Origin: an uncultured virus (IMG/VR IMGVR_UViG_2721755149_000018)
Lineage: Duplodnaviria; Heunggongvirae; Uroviricota; Caudoviricetes
DNA: 64,000 bases
Direction: 5' to 3' (one strand)
IMG/VR virus record: IMGVR_UViG_2721755149_000018
Part shown: piece by piece, positions 1 through 10,620 of the stretch
Position numbering within the stretch: position 1 is the first letter of the stretch
Layout: each line of letters opens with the position of its first letter
Notes under the pieces: generated by a model
What the model was told of the DNA's origin: nothing
What the model saw: the letters and a program-made list of their open reading frames with translations, nothing else
Databases searched by the model: none
Made by a program: the position numbers and the translations under genes

Positions 1-84
1 GCTGGGAGGACGAGCCGCTACCGGAAGACGACCGACCGCAGAACGGCACCCCGTCGATCGTGGACACGAACCAAAACATTTTCG

Positions 85-627
85 ATGCCGTGTCCCGCAT
101 CGAAGCACGCACCAACCCCAACCCGACCCTCGGATACCAGTGGGAGATCGAAGCATGACCACACAACCCAACATGTATGTGCGGNNNNNNNNNNNNNNNN
201 NNNNNNNNNNNNNNNNNNNNNNNNNNNNNNNNNNNNNNNNNNNNNNNNNNNNNNNNNNNNNNNNNNNNNNNNNNNNNNNNNNNNNNNNNNNNNNNNNNNN
301 NNNNNNNNNNNNNNNNNNNNNNNNNNNNNNNNNNNNNNNNNNNNNNNNNNNCCTGGCAACATTTTGGAGTATTGCAAGCGTCAGCCGGTGTGGTCGTCGC
401 CGGAGCATGCGGCGGCTTGGCTGGATTGGGCGGCGGAGAATCCGTGGACGCCCGCGTTGGAGATGTATGTGGGTCGCCCGGTGCCGGGGATGCAGCCCGA
501 TTCGTATGATCTGGCGGATAAGGCGCGGTTGGTGGAGCGGAACCGCGCGTTTGTCGCTGAGCACCGCCAGGCGCTCGTTGAAGCGATTTTGGGTACGCGG
601 GCTGCACCGTTGGCTTTGGAGTCCTGA
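85..627 (+). CDS. hypothetical protein upstream of primase-helicase (start uncertain, interrupted by N gap)
   Basis: Open frame after the gap (NILEYCKRQPVWSS...APLALES) ending TGA at 627; 5' part hidden by Ns. Confidence 0.45.
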   Translation: MPCPASKHAPTPTRPSDTSGRSKHDHTTQHVCAXXXXXXXXXXXXXXXXXXXXXXXXXXXXXXXXXXXXXXXXXXXXXXXXXXXXXXXXPGNILEYCKRQPVWSSPEHAAAWLDWAAENPWTPALEMYVGRPVPGMQPDSYDLADKARLVERNRAFVAEHRQALVEAILGTRAAPLALES

Positions 628-677
628 GAATCGCGTTCAGGCGGCAATACGACCCATCCACAAGCAAGGGGCAAGAG

Positions 678-2298
678 TTGAGCAAGGCATTCGAGCGGGT
701 TATCGACAGGTTCCGCGACCAAGGTCTCATCGTCCAGGAAAAGACCGCGGGTGTGGCGGACTGCCAGGCGCCCGGACATTCCCCGCGGGATCGATCGGTA
801 CGCGTGACCGCGACCGAGGGGCGGGTGTTGATCTACTCGCATTCCGATCCGACCGATCAGGTGTTGGATGCGTTGAACCTCGCCAAGTCGGATCTGTTCG
901 ACGATCCACGCGGGGTGGGCTACAAGTACGACGACGGCCGTGTAGTGGGCAGGACACCGGATAAGCGGTTCTTCCAGAAGGGCAATACGGGCGGGGATTC
1001 GCTGTACCGCGCCTCGAAGCTGCCTTCTGCGGTGGCGGAGGGTGTGCCGATCCTGGTCGTGGAGGGTGAGCAGGATGTGCATGCCCTCGAAGCTGTGGGT
1101 GCGGTGGCGACCTGTAATGCGATGGGTGCCGGCAAGGCGCGGCAGTTCGATTACACGCCGCTGCGGGGTGGGTGTGTGACGATTGTTGCGGACAAGGATG
1201 ATGCGGGTGTGGCGCATGCCCGTGAGGTCGCCGCAATCCTGCTCGCGCTCGACTGCACGGTGTCGATCGTGAATGCCAAGGTCGGGAAGGATGCCGCCGA
1301 CCACATCGCAGCAGGGTTCCGGTTGGATGAGTGGATTCCCCGCACCGATCTCGAAGCCGAAGCCAAGTTGGATGATTTGTTGGCGCGGGTCGCTGCGATG
1401 CGTGAAAGCAACGACGCACAAACCACCGCCGACTTTCTCGCCAAGAAACTGGTTACCGTACACACAACCAGTGAACACAACGACAGCCCCACCGGGCAGT
1501 TCACCCACATCGACAACGTCATCGAAGAATGGCTCGAATGGGTCGACACACCAGCCGACCAAATCAACGTCATCCGCACACCGTGGGAACACCTCAACGA
1601 AGTCATCGCCGGAGGACTGCAACCCAAAGCCCTCTACCTCGTCGCCGGCAGGCCCGGTGGCGGCAAGTCGATCATCGGCACCAACATCGCCCAACACGCC
1701 GCAGAAAACGGCATCCCCTCCGGTGTGCTCAGCCTCGAAATGGCGAACGTGCAAGTCGGCTCCCGCATCATGGCAGCCGGTGCCGAAGCCCGCGCANNNN
1801 NNNNNNNNNNNNNNNNNNNNNNNNNNNNNNNNNNNNNNNNNNNNCAAGCCGTTGTGGATCTCCGACCAGTCCACCATCACCCCGAAGGCGATCCGTCGGC
1901 AAGCGACCGCGATGAAGGAACAGCACGACATTCAGGTGTTGATCGTGGACTACTTGCAGCTCGTGTCCAGTGACGATAAGCGGGCGTCGCGGGAGGAGCA
2001 GTTGACGGCGATCTCGCGTGAGTTGAAGTTGTTGGCGATGGATCTCGACATTGCGGTGGTGGCCGCTGCCCAGTTGAATAGGTCGAATGTGAAGGACAAT
2101 CGTCCGCCGACGATCGCTGATCTTCGTGGCTCGGGTTCGTTGGAGCAGGATGCGGATGCGGTGATTTTGATTCATCATGAGACTGAGGCGGATGGGTCGC
2201 CGACTGGGATGGTTCAGTTGGCGATGGGTAAGAATCGGTTTGGTGCGCAGACGACGATTGAGTTGCCGTGGCGTGCGCACATGTCCCGTGTCGGTTAA
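678..2298 (+). CDS. DNA primase-helicase (TOPRIM + DnaB-like)
   Basis: TOPRIM motifs VVEGEQD and ADKDDAG; Walker A GRPGGGKS; after the N gap VDYLQL, AQLNR, DLRGSGSLEQDAD, KNRFG. Frame change lies inside the N run (1797-1844). Confidence 0.9.
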
Positions 2299-2443
2299 TG
2301 AAAACGGTTTCCAACACTATCGACAATCGTTATCATTCAGTGGTCCGCAAGCCATACGATCGTAATGGTTTGCCAAACCCGTAGACATCATGCCGGCACA
2401 CCTGTATGCTGTGCATGTTCACGGTAACCAGAGGAGAGCAAAC

Positions 2444-2773
2444 GTGACCACACTCCAAGCCCTCAACCCCATCGACTTCGGACCCGCACGCCACGGAGTG
2501 CACATCTTCGACCACGAAGACGACTGGGGATGGACCGCATACGGCCACCACGAGCCCAGTCGCATCGTCGCCGCAATCAACGCACTGTCCCGCGACAACG
2601 GTGTCACCGAAGAGCTGCACGAAGCGTTCGACGTGGCCGACCTTGTCAACGGTATTCAGCGGCGGTGGGCGAACAACATTCGCACGCACGACGACTACGA
2701 CGGGTATGTCAGTTGGGATTGGTGCGACGAGTCCGATCCTGGTGCTGAGCCGATCACTTTCGTCTGCCCGTAA
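2444..2773 (+). CDS. hypothetical protein
   Basis: GAGGAG RBS, GTG start; candidate promoter TAGACA-N17-TATGCT upstream. Confidence 0.6.
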   Translation: MTTLQALNPIDFGPARHGVHIFDHEDDWGWTAYGHHEPSRIVAAINALSRDNGVTEELHEAFDVADLVNGIQRRWANNIRTHDDYDGYVSWDWCDESDPGAEPITFVCP

Positions 2774-2805
2774 CCGCATTCACGTTTCACTATCTGGGAG
2801 TAATC

Positions 2806-3263
2806 ATGACTCAAATCAGCATCGTCGGGAACGTCACCAGCGATCCCGAAACCCGCTTTCTGCCGTCGGGCGTCGCGGTCTCGAACTTCACTGTGGCGGT
2901 GTCGCAACGCCAGTACGACAAGGACCGCAAGGAATGGGTGGATGGTGACACCATGTTCCTGCGGGTGTCCGCCTTCCGCGACCTCGCGAGAACATCGCGA
3001 ACTCGGTGTCTCGTGGTCAGCGGGTGATTGTGTCGGGGAAGCTCAAGTCCCGCACCTACGAGAAGGATGGGGAGAAGCGGACGGTGTTTGAGGTGGAGGC
3101 GGATGAGGTGGGGCCGTCGCTGCGGTTCGCTACGGCCACGGTCGTCAAGTCGGGCGGCAACGGTGGTGGCGGGAAGGTGTCGGCGGGTGATCCGTGGGCG
3201 CAGGCACCGCAGTCGGGTGGCTTCGGAGGCGGAGCAGCAGATCCCAATCAGCCTCCCTTCTGA
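2806..3263 (+). CDS. ssb: single-stranded DNA-binding protein, apparent 1-nt frameshift at ~2988
   Basis: OB-fold [15 protein letters not shown]...; in -1 frame [25 protein letters not shown]...EVGPSLRFA; Gly-rich linker; C-terminal QPPF. Confidence 0.9.
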
Positions 3264-3351
3264 CCGCTGATTGGTTGGTGTGCGGTGTCGTCGGGGGATC
3301 GCACACCACCCGCATGTTTCAATCACAAACAACACACCAGGAGAAAACATC

Positions 3352-3675
3352 ATGACCAGCATCCCCCAGGGGCACGACGTGATCCGGCTCCGCGGCGAAC
3401 AGTTCGCGGACCTCGCCTATGTCGTCGCGCCGTTCGATCGCGGGTTCACGATCCCGATCGATCACGAGGCTGCAAAGTACTTCATCGAGGGCGATGGGCC
3501 TGCCGTGAAGACGGCGACCGTCAACTCAACGGATGAGTTCCTTTGGTCGCTCGATTCGTTCACGGTCACGGTTGGGCGTGACATCGAGGTGGAGTTCCGC
3601 CCGTACGTCGATAGGTTCCGCGGGGTCACGCTGTCCGATCAGGCGTACTTGGAGTCGGTTTCCAAGGCTGCCTGA
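3352..3675 (+). CDS. hypothetical protein
   Basis: AGGAG RBS then ATG (MTSIPQGH). Confidence 0.65.
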   Translation: MTSIPQGHDVIRLRGEQFADLAYVVAPFDRGFTIPIDHEAAKYFIEGDGPAVKTATVNSTDEFLWSLDSFTVTVGRDIEVEFRPYVDRFRGVTLSDQAYLESVSKAA

Positions 3676-3735
3676 CGGTTCGTCCAGGGGCGCGGCTGGA
3701 CAACGCGCACACCAACCACGTAGAAAAGACAACTC

Positions 3736-4134
3736 ATGTCGCAATCCTGGGACCACTGCAAAACATCCGTCAGACGCTACGGCGGTAAGCCCGAAGACTA
3801 CGTGGACATCCACGAATGGATCGACCAGTACAAAGGCATCGTCGGCGACATCTCCCACCGCCAATACCTGCACAACACAATGGGGCCGTTCCTCGCCCAA
3901 CAGGTGTTCGGGCGCACCATCACCAACTCGGACGGCAAAGAAGTCATCGTCCGAGACATCGTGGAAACCCACATCGTGGAAGACCTCGGCTGGATACCGT
4001 CGCCCGCAGACTGGTCCGCTCACCTCAATTGCAAGGTGTGGATGGGCGGCAAACGAAACAAGTTCCTCGGACGTGAAGAACTACTCAATTCCTCTGTTCC
4101 ACCGGCAAACAAGTCCTACAAGGAGGGAATCTAA
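3736..4134 (+). CDS. DUF6915-like His-rich conserved phage protein
   Basis: H..SVRRYGGKPEDY..IHEWID...HR..LH..G...E.H..EDLG.IPS..DW pattern. Confidence 0.7.
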   Translation: MSQSWDHCKTSVRRYGGKPEDYVDIHEWIDQYKGIVGDISHRQYLHNTMGPFLAQQVFGRTITNSDGKEVIVRDIVETHIVEDLGWIPSPADWSAHLNCKVWMGGKRNKFLGREELLNSSVPPANKSYKEGI

Positions 4135-4658
4135 TGTCTGACACTCTGCATGGCCGACCGATTCGTGGCGACATCTCCCACTACGGCAGCAAGACTCTCG
4201 CCGAGCAGTGGCCGACCGAAAAGTTCATCGAACAGCTCGACGCCCTGTTCGAGCACCCGGAGGTGGAGTCGATCCGGTGGGAGCAGTACACCCCGTACTT
4301 CAATGATGGTGACGCGTGTGAGTTCGGGTTCGGTGAACTCAGTGTGCGCTTCGTCGGCGGCGATGAGGAAGCCGGTGACAATGGAGATGGATTCCTCTCG
4401 TCGTACGAGTTGGGTGATTGGCCGGAAGGCTACTATCAGACTCATTCGCGGTGGGATGACTCGAAGCCGGATTATGACCCTACCGACTTCATCCCGGACT
4501 TCGAGGCGAACGACGCTAACGGCATTGTTGCCGCGTTTGAGGCGTTGAGCGACAGTCTGAAGCACTATGAGGTTGAGTTGCGGAAGCTGTTCGGTGATCC
4601 GGCGCAGGTGACGGCGACTCGTGGCGGGTTTGATGTGGAGTTCTACGACCACGATTGA
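4134..4658 (+). CDS. conserved acidic phage protein
   Basis: WEQYTPYFNDGDACEF motif; TAATG coupling to upstream gene. Confidence 0.7.
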   Translation: MSDTLHGRPIRGDISHYGSKTLAEQWPTEKFIEQLDALFEHPEVESIRWEQYTPYFNDGDACEFGFGELSVRFVGGDEEAGDNGDGFLSSYELGDWPEGYYQTHSRWDDSKPDYDPTDFIPDFEANDANGIVAAFEALSDSLKHYEVELRKLFGDPAQVTATRGGFDVEFYDHD

Positions 4659-4714
4659 TGTTTTTGCTCGCCCGGGGCGCGCATGGTCACGCGCACAACC
4701 AACCAGGAGGAAGA

Positions 4715-5143
4715 ATGAGCACCAACCCTTACCCGATCGAAATCCTCAGTGAATACGACGACAACGGCACCATGCCCGAAAACGTGGAAACATTCGCGGA
4801 GGCTGTTGTCGGGCATCGCATCGTGTCCGCGGAGAAGCTGCCGAGAACCCAGCGTTACGGCAGTGAGGATGGGTTGATCCTGACTCTCGACAACGGGACT
4901 CGTGTCGAGTTGGTGGGCGGTTCCGACTGCTGCGCCTACACGGAACTCAAGTCGTTTCTGCTGCATCCTGAGCGGGTGGATCACATCATCACGGGCGTGG
5001 GTACGACCGAGGAGTACACGCGGTGGCACATCTTCGCTGACATGGGTGATGTGCTGGAGCTTGAAGTCGGCTGGTCTGCGGGGAATCCGTTCTATTACGG
5101 GTATGGCTTCGAGATTGATGTTGTGCCGGCGGACGCCGAGTAG
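4715..5143 (+). CDS. hypothetical protein
   Basis: AGGAGG RBS; SDCCA motif. Confidence 0.7.
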   Translation: MSTNPYPIEILSEYDDNGTMPENVETFAEAVVGHRIVSAEKLPRTQRYGSEDGLILTLDNGTRVELVGGSDCCAYTELKSFLLHPERVDHIITGVGTTEEYTRWHIFADMGDVLELEVGWSAGNPFYYGYGFEIDVVPADAE

Positions 5144-5204
5144 GTAGCCGGGTTGTTGTGGGGTGTGGCGTTGCTGCACCCCACACACATAGACAGGGGA
5201 AGTC

Positions 5205-5378
5205 ATGTCGCGCACCTGGAAAGACCGACGCGAAGCAAAGATGAGGCATTGGATGTCGGTTTACACGCCGTCGTGGTGGAACCGTGCGCAGCGTCAGCGT
5301 GAACGTAACCGTGCTGCGCAGGATTTGCGGAATGGCCGTGAACCGCAGCCGAAGTATGGCGACGAGTATTGGTGGTGA
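5205..5378 (+). CDS. small basic Trp/Arg-rich protein (57 aa, not in ORF track)
   Basis: AGGGGA RBS; MSRTWKDRREAK...YGDEYWW*. Confidence 0.55.
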   Translation: MSRTWKDRREAKMRHWMSVYTPSWWNRAQRQRERNRAAQDLRNGREPQPKYGDEYWW

Positions 5379-6217
5379 GGTCGATGTCTCGGGTGTTTTG
5401 GGTGCGGTGGTTGGGTCCTGTCCAACGCTGGTGGTGGCGGGAACAACTCCTCGCGCAGGTGGTGCGGGACACGACCGGTGAGCCGCCGATGCAGCAGCGC
5501 AGGATTGTTGCTGGGGCTGCGGATAGGTTGGCGGCGATGACCGCGAACGTGGAACGAGCGAAGAGCGTGAGGAGCTCCAGGTGAGTGTTCATCGGGTGTG
5601 GAGTTGTGTGGAAACGTTCGACCTGTACGAGTGTGTGTGCGGGCAACGCTTCCCCGCGGGTGAGGATCTGGACGAGCATGTGAGCCTCGACCGGGCAGAG
5701 CTGGTGGAACTGTGACTGACGGAAGTTATTGCAGTAATGAGGCCGTGGACGATCAGATCGTGTGCACGCTCTGCGGCGCGGCTGTGTGGGAGTTCGGGCG
5801 TGATCGGCACAACGAGTGGCATCGTGCCGTTGAGGATGCGTTCAAGGCTCAGGCACGCGAGTTTTACCGCATGGTGGATGTGGTGTGCGGGAAGCCTCCG
5901 CGTGCCCCGTATCGGCGCCCGATGTCGGATGAGGAGTGCGAGCGGATGGCGGAGGTTCTGCGGGATCTCGGCATCAATGTCGACTGATCTCCGCGCATGC
6001 GTAATGCCCCCGGACCGTGTGGTTCGGGGGCTTTACACGTCTTTAGCGGTTAGTTGTCACGCCAGAACAATGAACCAGGTATGTCTGGCGTCCCGACGAC
6101 GGTCTCTCCGTCTGTCGTCTTGCCGCAGATGCAACGCATCTCTCGAACCGACTCGCCGCACCACCGGACTCCAGTCGGCCGCATTGTGTATTCGTGCCGG
6201 TGTTCCATGTTCTTCTC

Positions 6218-6478
6218 CTAGACCCAATCGCCGAGCCACTGGTCGGGCTGCTGCCGCGTCCAGGGGTCTTCGGGGTTGTGGTAGCCGGCGCCCTGCACAT
6301 CGGCGGGCGGGGCGATGTCGGTGGCGCGCAGGACGGCGAGGGTGTGGGCGTATTCCTTCCAGGTGATGCGGAGGGCGGGGAGGTCGGCGCCGGGCTGCTG
6401 TGCTTGCTGTTCGGTGCGCTGCTGCAACGCTTCGGTTTGGGCGATGCGGGCGGCGAGCGAAGCGGCGTAGAGGTTCAT
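6218..6478 (-). CDS. small protein in operator-controlled leftward cassette
   Basis: GGGAG RBS; promoter TTGATT-N17-TACGGT on - strand. Confidence 0.7.
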   Translation of the reverse strand: MNLYAASLAARIAQTEALQQRTEQQAQQPGADLPALRITWKEYAHTLAVLRATDIAPPADVQGAGYHNPEDPWTRQQPDQWLGDWV

Positions 6479-6501
6479 GTGGTGGCTCCCATCAACAAGG
6501 T

Positions 6502-6540
6502 GTGTGGGTACACCGTAACTCTCATGTGTCCGTAAATCAA
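6502..6540 (-). promoter_or_regulatory. sigma-A-type promoter with GTGTACCCACAC operator
   Basis: - strand TTGATT(6540-6535)-N17-TACGGT(6517-6512); operator 6502-6513. Confidence 0.7.
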
Positions 6541-6619
6541 CCGTTGGAGCGTGTTGACCAAACCCAAACTGGCGGTGTAGCGTCTACGACATCAGCAACC
6601 GGCAACCAGGAGGCCCACC

Positions 6620-6937
6620 ATGAGCGACTACACCCGCCGCGACCTGCTCGCAGCCCTCGACCTCGACGGCACCTACGACGGCTTCACCTTCACTGTCGGC
6701 CGGTTCGACGACACCAACTGGAAAGGCAGCTACGACCCCGACACGGGCAAGCCCGCCGTGGTGTGGGTTGAGTACGTCACCCTCGACGGCGACCGCACCG
6801 AAATCGAATACGACGCAGAGCGCGCCGGCGACGAACTCCACTCCATGTCCCTGCTGGACGGCTTCGACCCCGAGCATGGCGTGACGGTGACGGTGTCGCC
6901 GTGGTGGTTGTTCTACACGGGTCAGCTCGCAGCCTAA
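6620..6937 (+). CDS. acidic hypothetical protein, divergent from 6478 gene
   Basis: TTGACC-N18-TAGCGT promoter, AGGAGG RBS, strong hairpin 6942-6977 downstream. Confidence 0.7.
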   Translation: MSDYTRRDLLAALDLDGTYDGFTFTVGRFDDTNWKGSYDPDTGKPAVVWVEYVTLDGDRTEIEYDAERAGDELHSMSLLDGFDPEHGVTVTVSPWWLFYTGQLAA

Positions 6938-7480
6938 TGCTTCGGGCGGGTGCGTGGGGGATAGCGCACCCGCCCGACTTCAACCCCGACGAAAGGGAAC
7001 CGTATGACAACCGCAGTATCGGCTGAGGATCGGGTGCAAGAGTTGGAGGTCGCCCTCGCGGTGGCCCAAACCCAACTCCGGTCCACCACCCGCGCACTGG
7101 AGGTGGAGCAGGCCCGTTCGACCCGCCTGCAAACCGATTTGGACGACAGTGAGGCCCGCTGGGCGATCGTGTCGCTGTTCCTCGCCCAGAAAGGCTGCTA
7201 CGACCGCAAACTGGCCGAACCCGAAACTCATGCGATTGAGCGGGTCGGGTGGGCTGCCGCAGCGGATGCGCGCCGGCGTCTGGCGGACATGTTGGACGAG
7301 CACGACCGGAAGACCGTGAAGGAGACAGACAGTGAGTGATCTGGTGCAAGAGTTGGCTGTGCTCATCGACATGCGCGCCCACAACCCCGCCTACCCCCAC
7401 CGCAACACCATGCCCGCCTCGATCGCCGCCGCTGAAGCGATTGTGGCGCGCTACACCCTCATCCGACAGGAGAACTAACA

Positions 7481-7972
7481 ATGACGAACATTACGGGCGA
7501 TGTGCTGCGAGCTGTCGCCGACTGGTACGACAGGCAGCCCGGCACGGATGTGCTGGTGAGTCGACTCCGAGACGACGCCACCAAGGCAGACGTGGACGAG
7601 AAGCGCGTGGAGGAGCTGTCCCGCGTCTACTCGAATGCGTGGCAGGCATGGTACGGCGAAACGTCCGTGTGGGATGAGATTCAGGATGCGAGCGGGGCGA
7701 AAGCGATCCGCGCCGGCATTCGGGCTGTGTTGGCCGCGCTCAATGATCAGGTGGATGTGGAGGTTGTGGACGACGAGCCGCGCCAGTGGGACCGCATCAA
7801 GGATGTGCCTGACGATGTGGTCGTTTCCGATAAGGAGGGCGATCGCTGGAAGATTGAGGAAAGACAACTCGTGTTCAGCCGTCGAGGAAACGACTTCATT
7901 CGCTGGACTGAATCATTGTCAGACGCCGATAACTACGCTCCGTTCACTGAGATTGTGGATGGTGCCCAGTGA
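7481..7972 (+). CDS. hypothetical protein
   Basis: AGGAG RBS; actinophage-type C-terminal ..DKEGDRW...APFTE module. Confidence 0.65.
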   Translation: MTNITGDVLRAVADWYDRQPGTDVLVSRLRDDATKADVDEKRVEELSRVYSNAWQAWYGETSVWDEIQDASGAKAIRAGIRAVLAALNDQVDVEVVDDEPRQWDRIKDVPDDVVVSDKEGDRWKIEERQLVFSRRGNDFIRWTESLSDADNYAPFTEIVDGAQ

Positions 7973-8147
7973 AGCGGGACGCGCCGGACCACACCGGCAT
8001 CCACCGCGGAACCCACGCCCTCCTTCTCGCGATCGCCGATCACAGCATCAAAGACGCCGACGAAGCCTTCGCGCAACTCGCGCGGCGTGAACTGAAACTC
8101 GTCACCTAACCCGTGCTTCAAACCCCGTTGAATCCCGACAACTCAAC

Positions 8148-8522
8148 TTGGAGCACAAATTGAATACAGGTTTGAATGTGGTGTTGTTACAGCAGGTTGT
8201 GGCTGCGATCGAACAACACCCCGAGCAGTATAATCCGGCGTTCTACCGCGACCTGGACGTGTCACCTGTGACGTTCGATCTGGCGGGGTGGACGGCGGAG
8301 GTGGTGGGGATGCCGTGGTGTGAGGGCGAGCTGGCCGAGTTTTGTATCGAGGGTCCGTGTGGTGATCCGATCGCCGTGGATTTTTGGGCGGCGGAAGCGT
8401 TGGGGTTGAATGCGGAGCAGGCGTCGAAGATGTTCCGTGAACTGTATGAGGACCCGCACGCCGCCCTGGATTACGCGCGCACGTTGATCATGAGCAACCT
8501 GGAGGTGTGGACTGATGTTTGA
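8148..8522 (+). CDS. hypothetical protein
   Basis: ORF with AAEALGL..QA..MF motif, overlaps whiB start. Confidence 0.55.
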   Translation: MEHKLNTGLNVVLLQQVVAAIEQHPEQYNPAFYRDLDVSPVTFDLAGWTAEVVGMPWCEGELAEFCIEGPCGDPIAVDFWAAEALGLNAEQASKMFRELYEDPHAALDYARTLIMSNLEVWTDV

Positions 8523-8985
8523 TTGGCGGGACGCTGCGTACTGCGCCACCGAACACGTGGAGGCGTACACGACAGACAACCTGCCCGAGCCGACCGCTCG
8601 ACACGAATGCACCATGCGGGCACGGATCGTGGAGAAACTGTGCGGTCCGTGCCCCGTGTGGCGGGAATGCGGCATGGAAGCGTTGCAGTATGACACGCGG
8701 GGTGTGATCCGGGCGGGTATTGCGTTTCCTGATGTGAAGGTTGGTTCGGCGCGCCGGCGGTTGATGGTGCGGTTGGGGTTGTCGGTTGATCAGCTTCAGG
8801 AGAAGGCGGCGGTTCCGCGTACGCATTGCGATCGTGATCATGAGTTGGTGGGCGACAACGTTATTGTGCGGAAGGACGGTGCTCGGTTGTGTCGGGCGTG
8901 TTCGTTGGCTCGTGGTGCGGAGCGTCGGGCGAAGGCTAGGGCTCAGCGTGAGTCGCGGTTGGCGTTGTTGAGGGAGGCGGCGTGA
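8515..8985 (+). CDS. whiB: WhiB-family regulator fused to C-terminal Cys/His zinc-binding module
   Basis: WRDAAYC...C..CPV..EC...AL.....GVIRAG; then THCDRDH...N......G.RLCRAC. Confidence 0.75.
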   Translation: MFDWRDAAYCATEHVEAYTTDNLPEPTARHECTMRARIVEKLCGPCPVWRECGMEALQYDTRGVIRAGIAFPDVKVGSARRRLMVRLGLSVDQLQEKAAVPRTHCDRDHELVGDNVIVRKDGARLCRACSLARGAERRAKARAQRESRLALLREAA

Positions 8986-9803
8986 ACGGTTTGTGTGAGG
9001 AACGTGCGGACGGCTACCCATGCACCCGCGACAGTGGGCACGGTGGTTGGTGTGAGCACGAGAACGAGCATGGCGAAGTTGATCACAGGTGGAAGGCGGA
9101 CACGTGAACGGTGCCGAGCATTACGAGCACGCGCAGGATCTCATGGACGATTCGTGGGAGGCGCGGGGTTCGGAGCGTGCCGAACTGGTGGCGGCCGCCC
9201 ATGTTCATGCGACACTTGCGCAGGCCGCAGCGACAGCCGCACTCCTGACGGTGAATCCGGCGTTCGCGGACTACAACGAAGCCCGCGCCTGGGCTGATGT
9301 TTTGAATGCTTGAACTGGTTACGACACACACGGATGGAGTGCATGATGCGGTATTTGTTTGGGGTGTTTGCGGCGATTCTGGTGTCGGGTTACACGACGG
9401 TCAACCACATGACCCGGTTCGAAAGGCAGGGACGGTGAACGACGATCGTCTCGCCCGTGCAGAGGCGGCACTCGCGCAGGTGCGGGCACTCGCCGAACAC
9501 TGGGCCGCATACCAGGGCTCGCACATCCATCAGATCCATGCCCGCCGGCTGTTCGCGGTGCTCGATGCGGTGAAGTGAGGTGGCCGCGTGGAGCGCGTCG
9601 AATACGCGGTGCAACGGGTGACGCAGGGTGGGGAAGTGTGGCACCAGCCGTACCTGTCCCGCATGGCAACCGAACGTGAGTGTCGGGACGGTGTCGTGGT
9701 GCGGCGTATCGTGACGATCGGTGTGTGGATGCCTGCATCGTCTTGTGTCATTGCCTAAACCCATATACGATGAACGTGACTAGTAAACGGGGGAGGATTC
9801 ATC

Positions 9804-10079
9804 GTGGGGCGTGACCCATTCACCAACGCAGTATGCCGACAGTCGGTGTGGTTTGAGGATGCGGTGTCGCGTCGGGGGAATCTGTGGGACTGGAAAATCG
9901 GCGACGAAACCGACACCGAACAAGCCGAACGGCACACCCTCGCCGCGCAACTGTGCCGCACCTGCCCCAACTACCACGATGATTCGTGCGCCGACGAACA
10001 CACGTTGATGACCACCCACTACGGCGAACACCCCGGCATCTGGGCCGGCACCCGACACACCCCCAAGGCAGACCAATGA
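9804..10079 (+). CDS. divergent WhiB-like protein
   Basis: AVC...AAQLCRTCP.....C...GIWAG. Confidence 0.65.
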   Translation: MGRDPFTNAVCRQSVWFEDAVSRRGNLWDWKIGDETDTEQAERHTLAAQLCRTCPNYHDDSCADEHTLMTTHYGEHPGIWAGTRHTPKADQ

Positions 10080-10456
10080 CCTACCGCATCACCGTGGACA
10101 TGCCGAGGCCCCCGCTGACTTCGAACGATCAGCGGCGCGCACACTGGACGAAAGTCCGCAACGCCAAAGCGGAAGCCGCCAGCCAGATCATCACACTCGT
10201 GAAACGCGACGGGATTCCGTTCATGCTGGACCGCGTGGACGTGACAGTCATCTGGTTCGCACCCGATGCACGTCGCCGCGACTCGGATTCGCTCGGACCG
10301 TACTGCAAGGCCGTTCTGGATGCGCTCGTCGAAGCAGGTGTGCTATGCGATGACGATTCCAGGTATGTCCGCCAAACAGCTATGCGGGTGGAGATCGACC
10401 GTACGAACCCACGGATCGAAATCCTCATCGAACCCATTTACCAGGAGGCAGCATGA
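10076..10456 (+). CDS. rusA: RusA-like Holliday junction resolvase
   Basis: [13 protein letters not shown]...[17 protein letters not shown]. Confidence 0.8.
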   Translation: MTYRITVDMPRPPLTSNDQRRAHWTKVRNAKAEAASQIITLVKRDGIPFMLDRVDVTVIWFAPDARRRDSDSLGPYCKAVLDALVEAGVLCDDDSRYVRQTAMRVEIDRTNPRIEILIEPIYQEAA

Positions 10457-10620
10457 CGGATGTTTCGGTGACGCAGTTGCGCCGGCACACCACAGACATC
10501 ATCGACCGCGCCGCAGCAGGCGAACGAGTCCCGATCACCCGCAACGGTCGTGTGATCGCCTACGCCATCCCCTACACCGACCTGATCCGACTCACCAACC
10601 TGGAAGGACAAACCCTGTGA
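10453..10620 (+). CDS. Phd/YefM-family antitoxin-like protein (55 aa, not in ORF track)
   Basis: [57 protein letters not shown] coupling on both sides. Confidence 0.75.
   Translation: MTDVSVTQLRRHTTDIIDRAAAGERVPITRNGRVIAYAIPYTDLIRLTNLEGQTL

Noticed and set aside
1797..1844. Programmed frameshift or split gene in primase-helicase
   Set aside because: The frame change falls inside an N run of uncertain length
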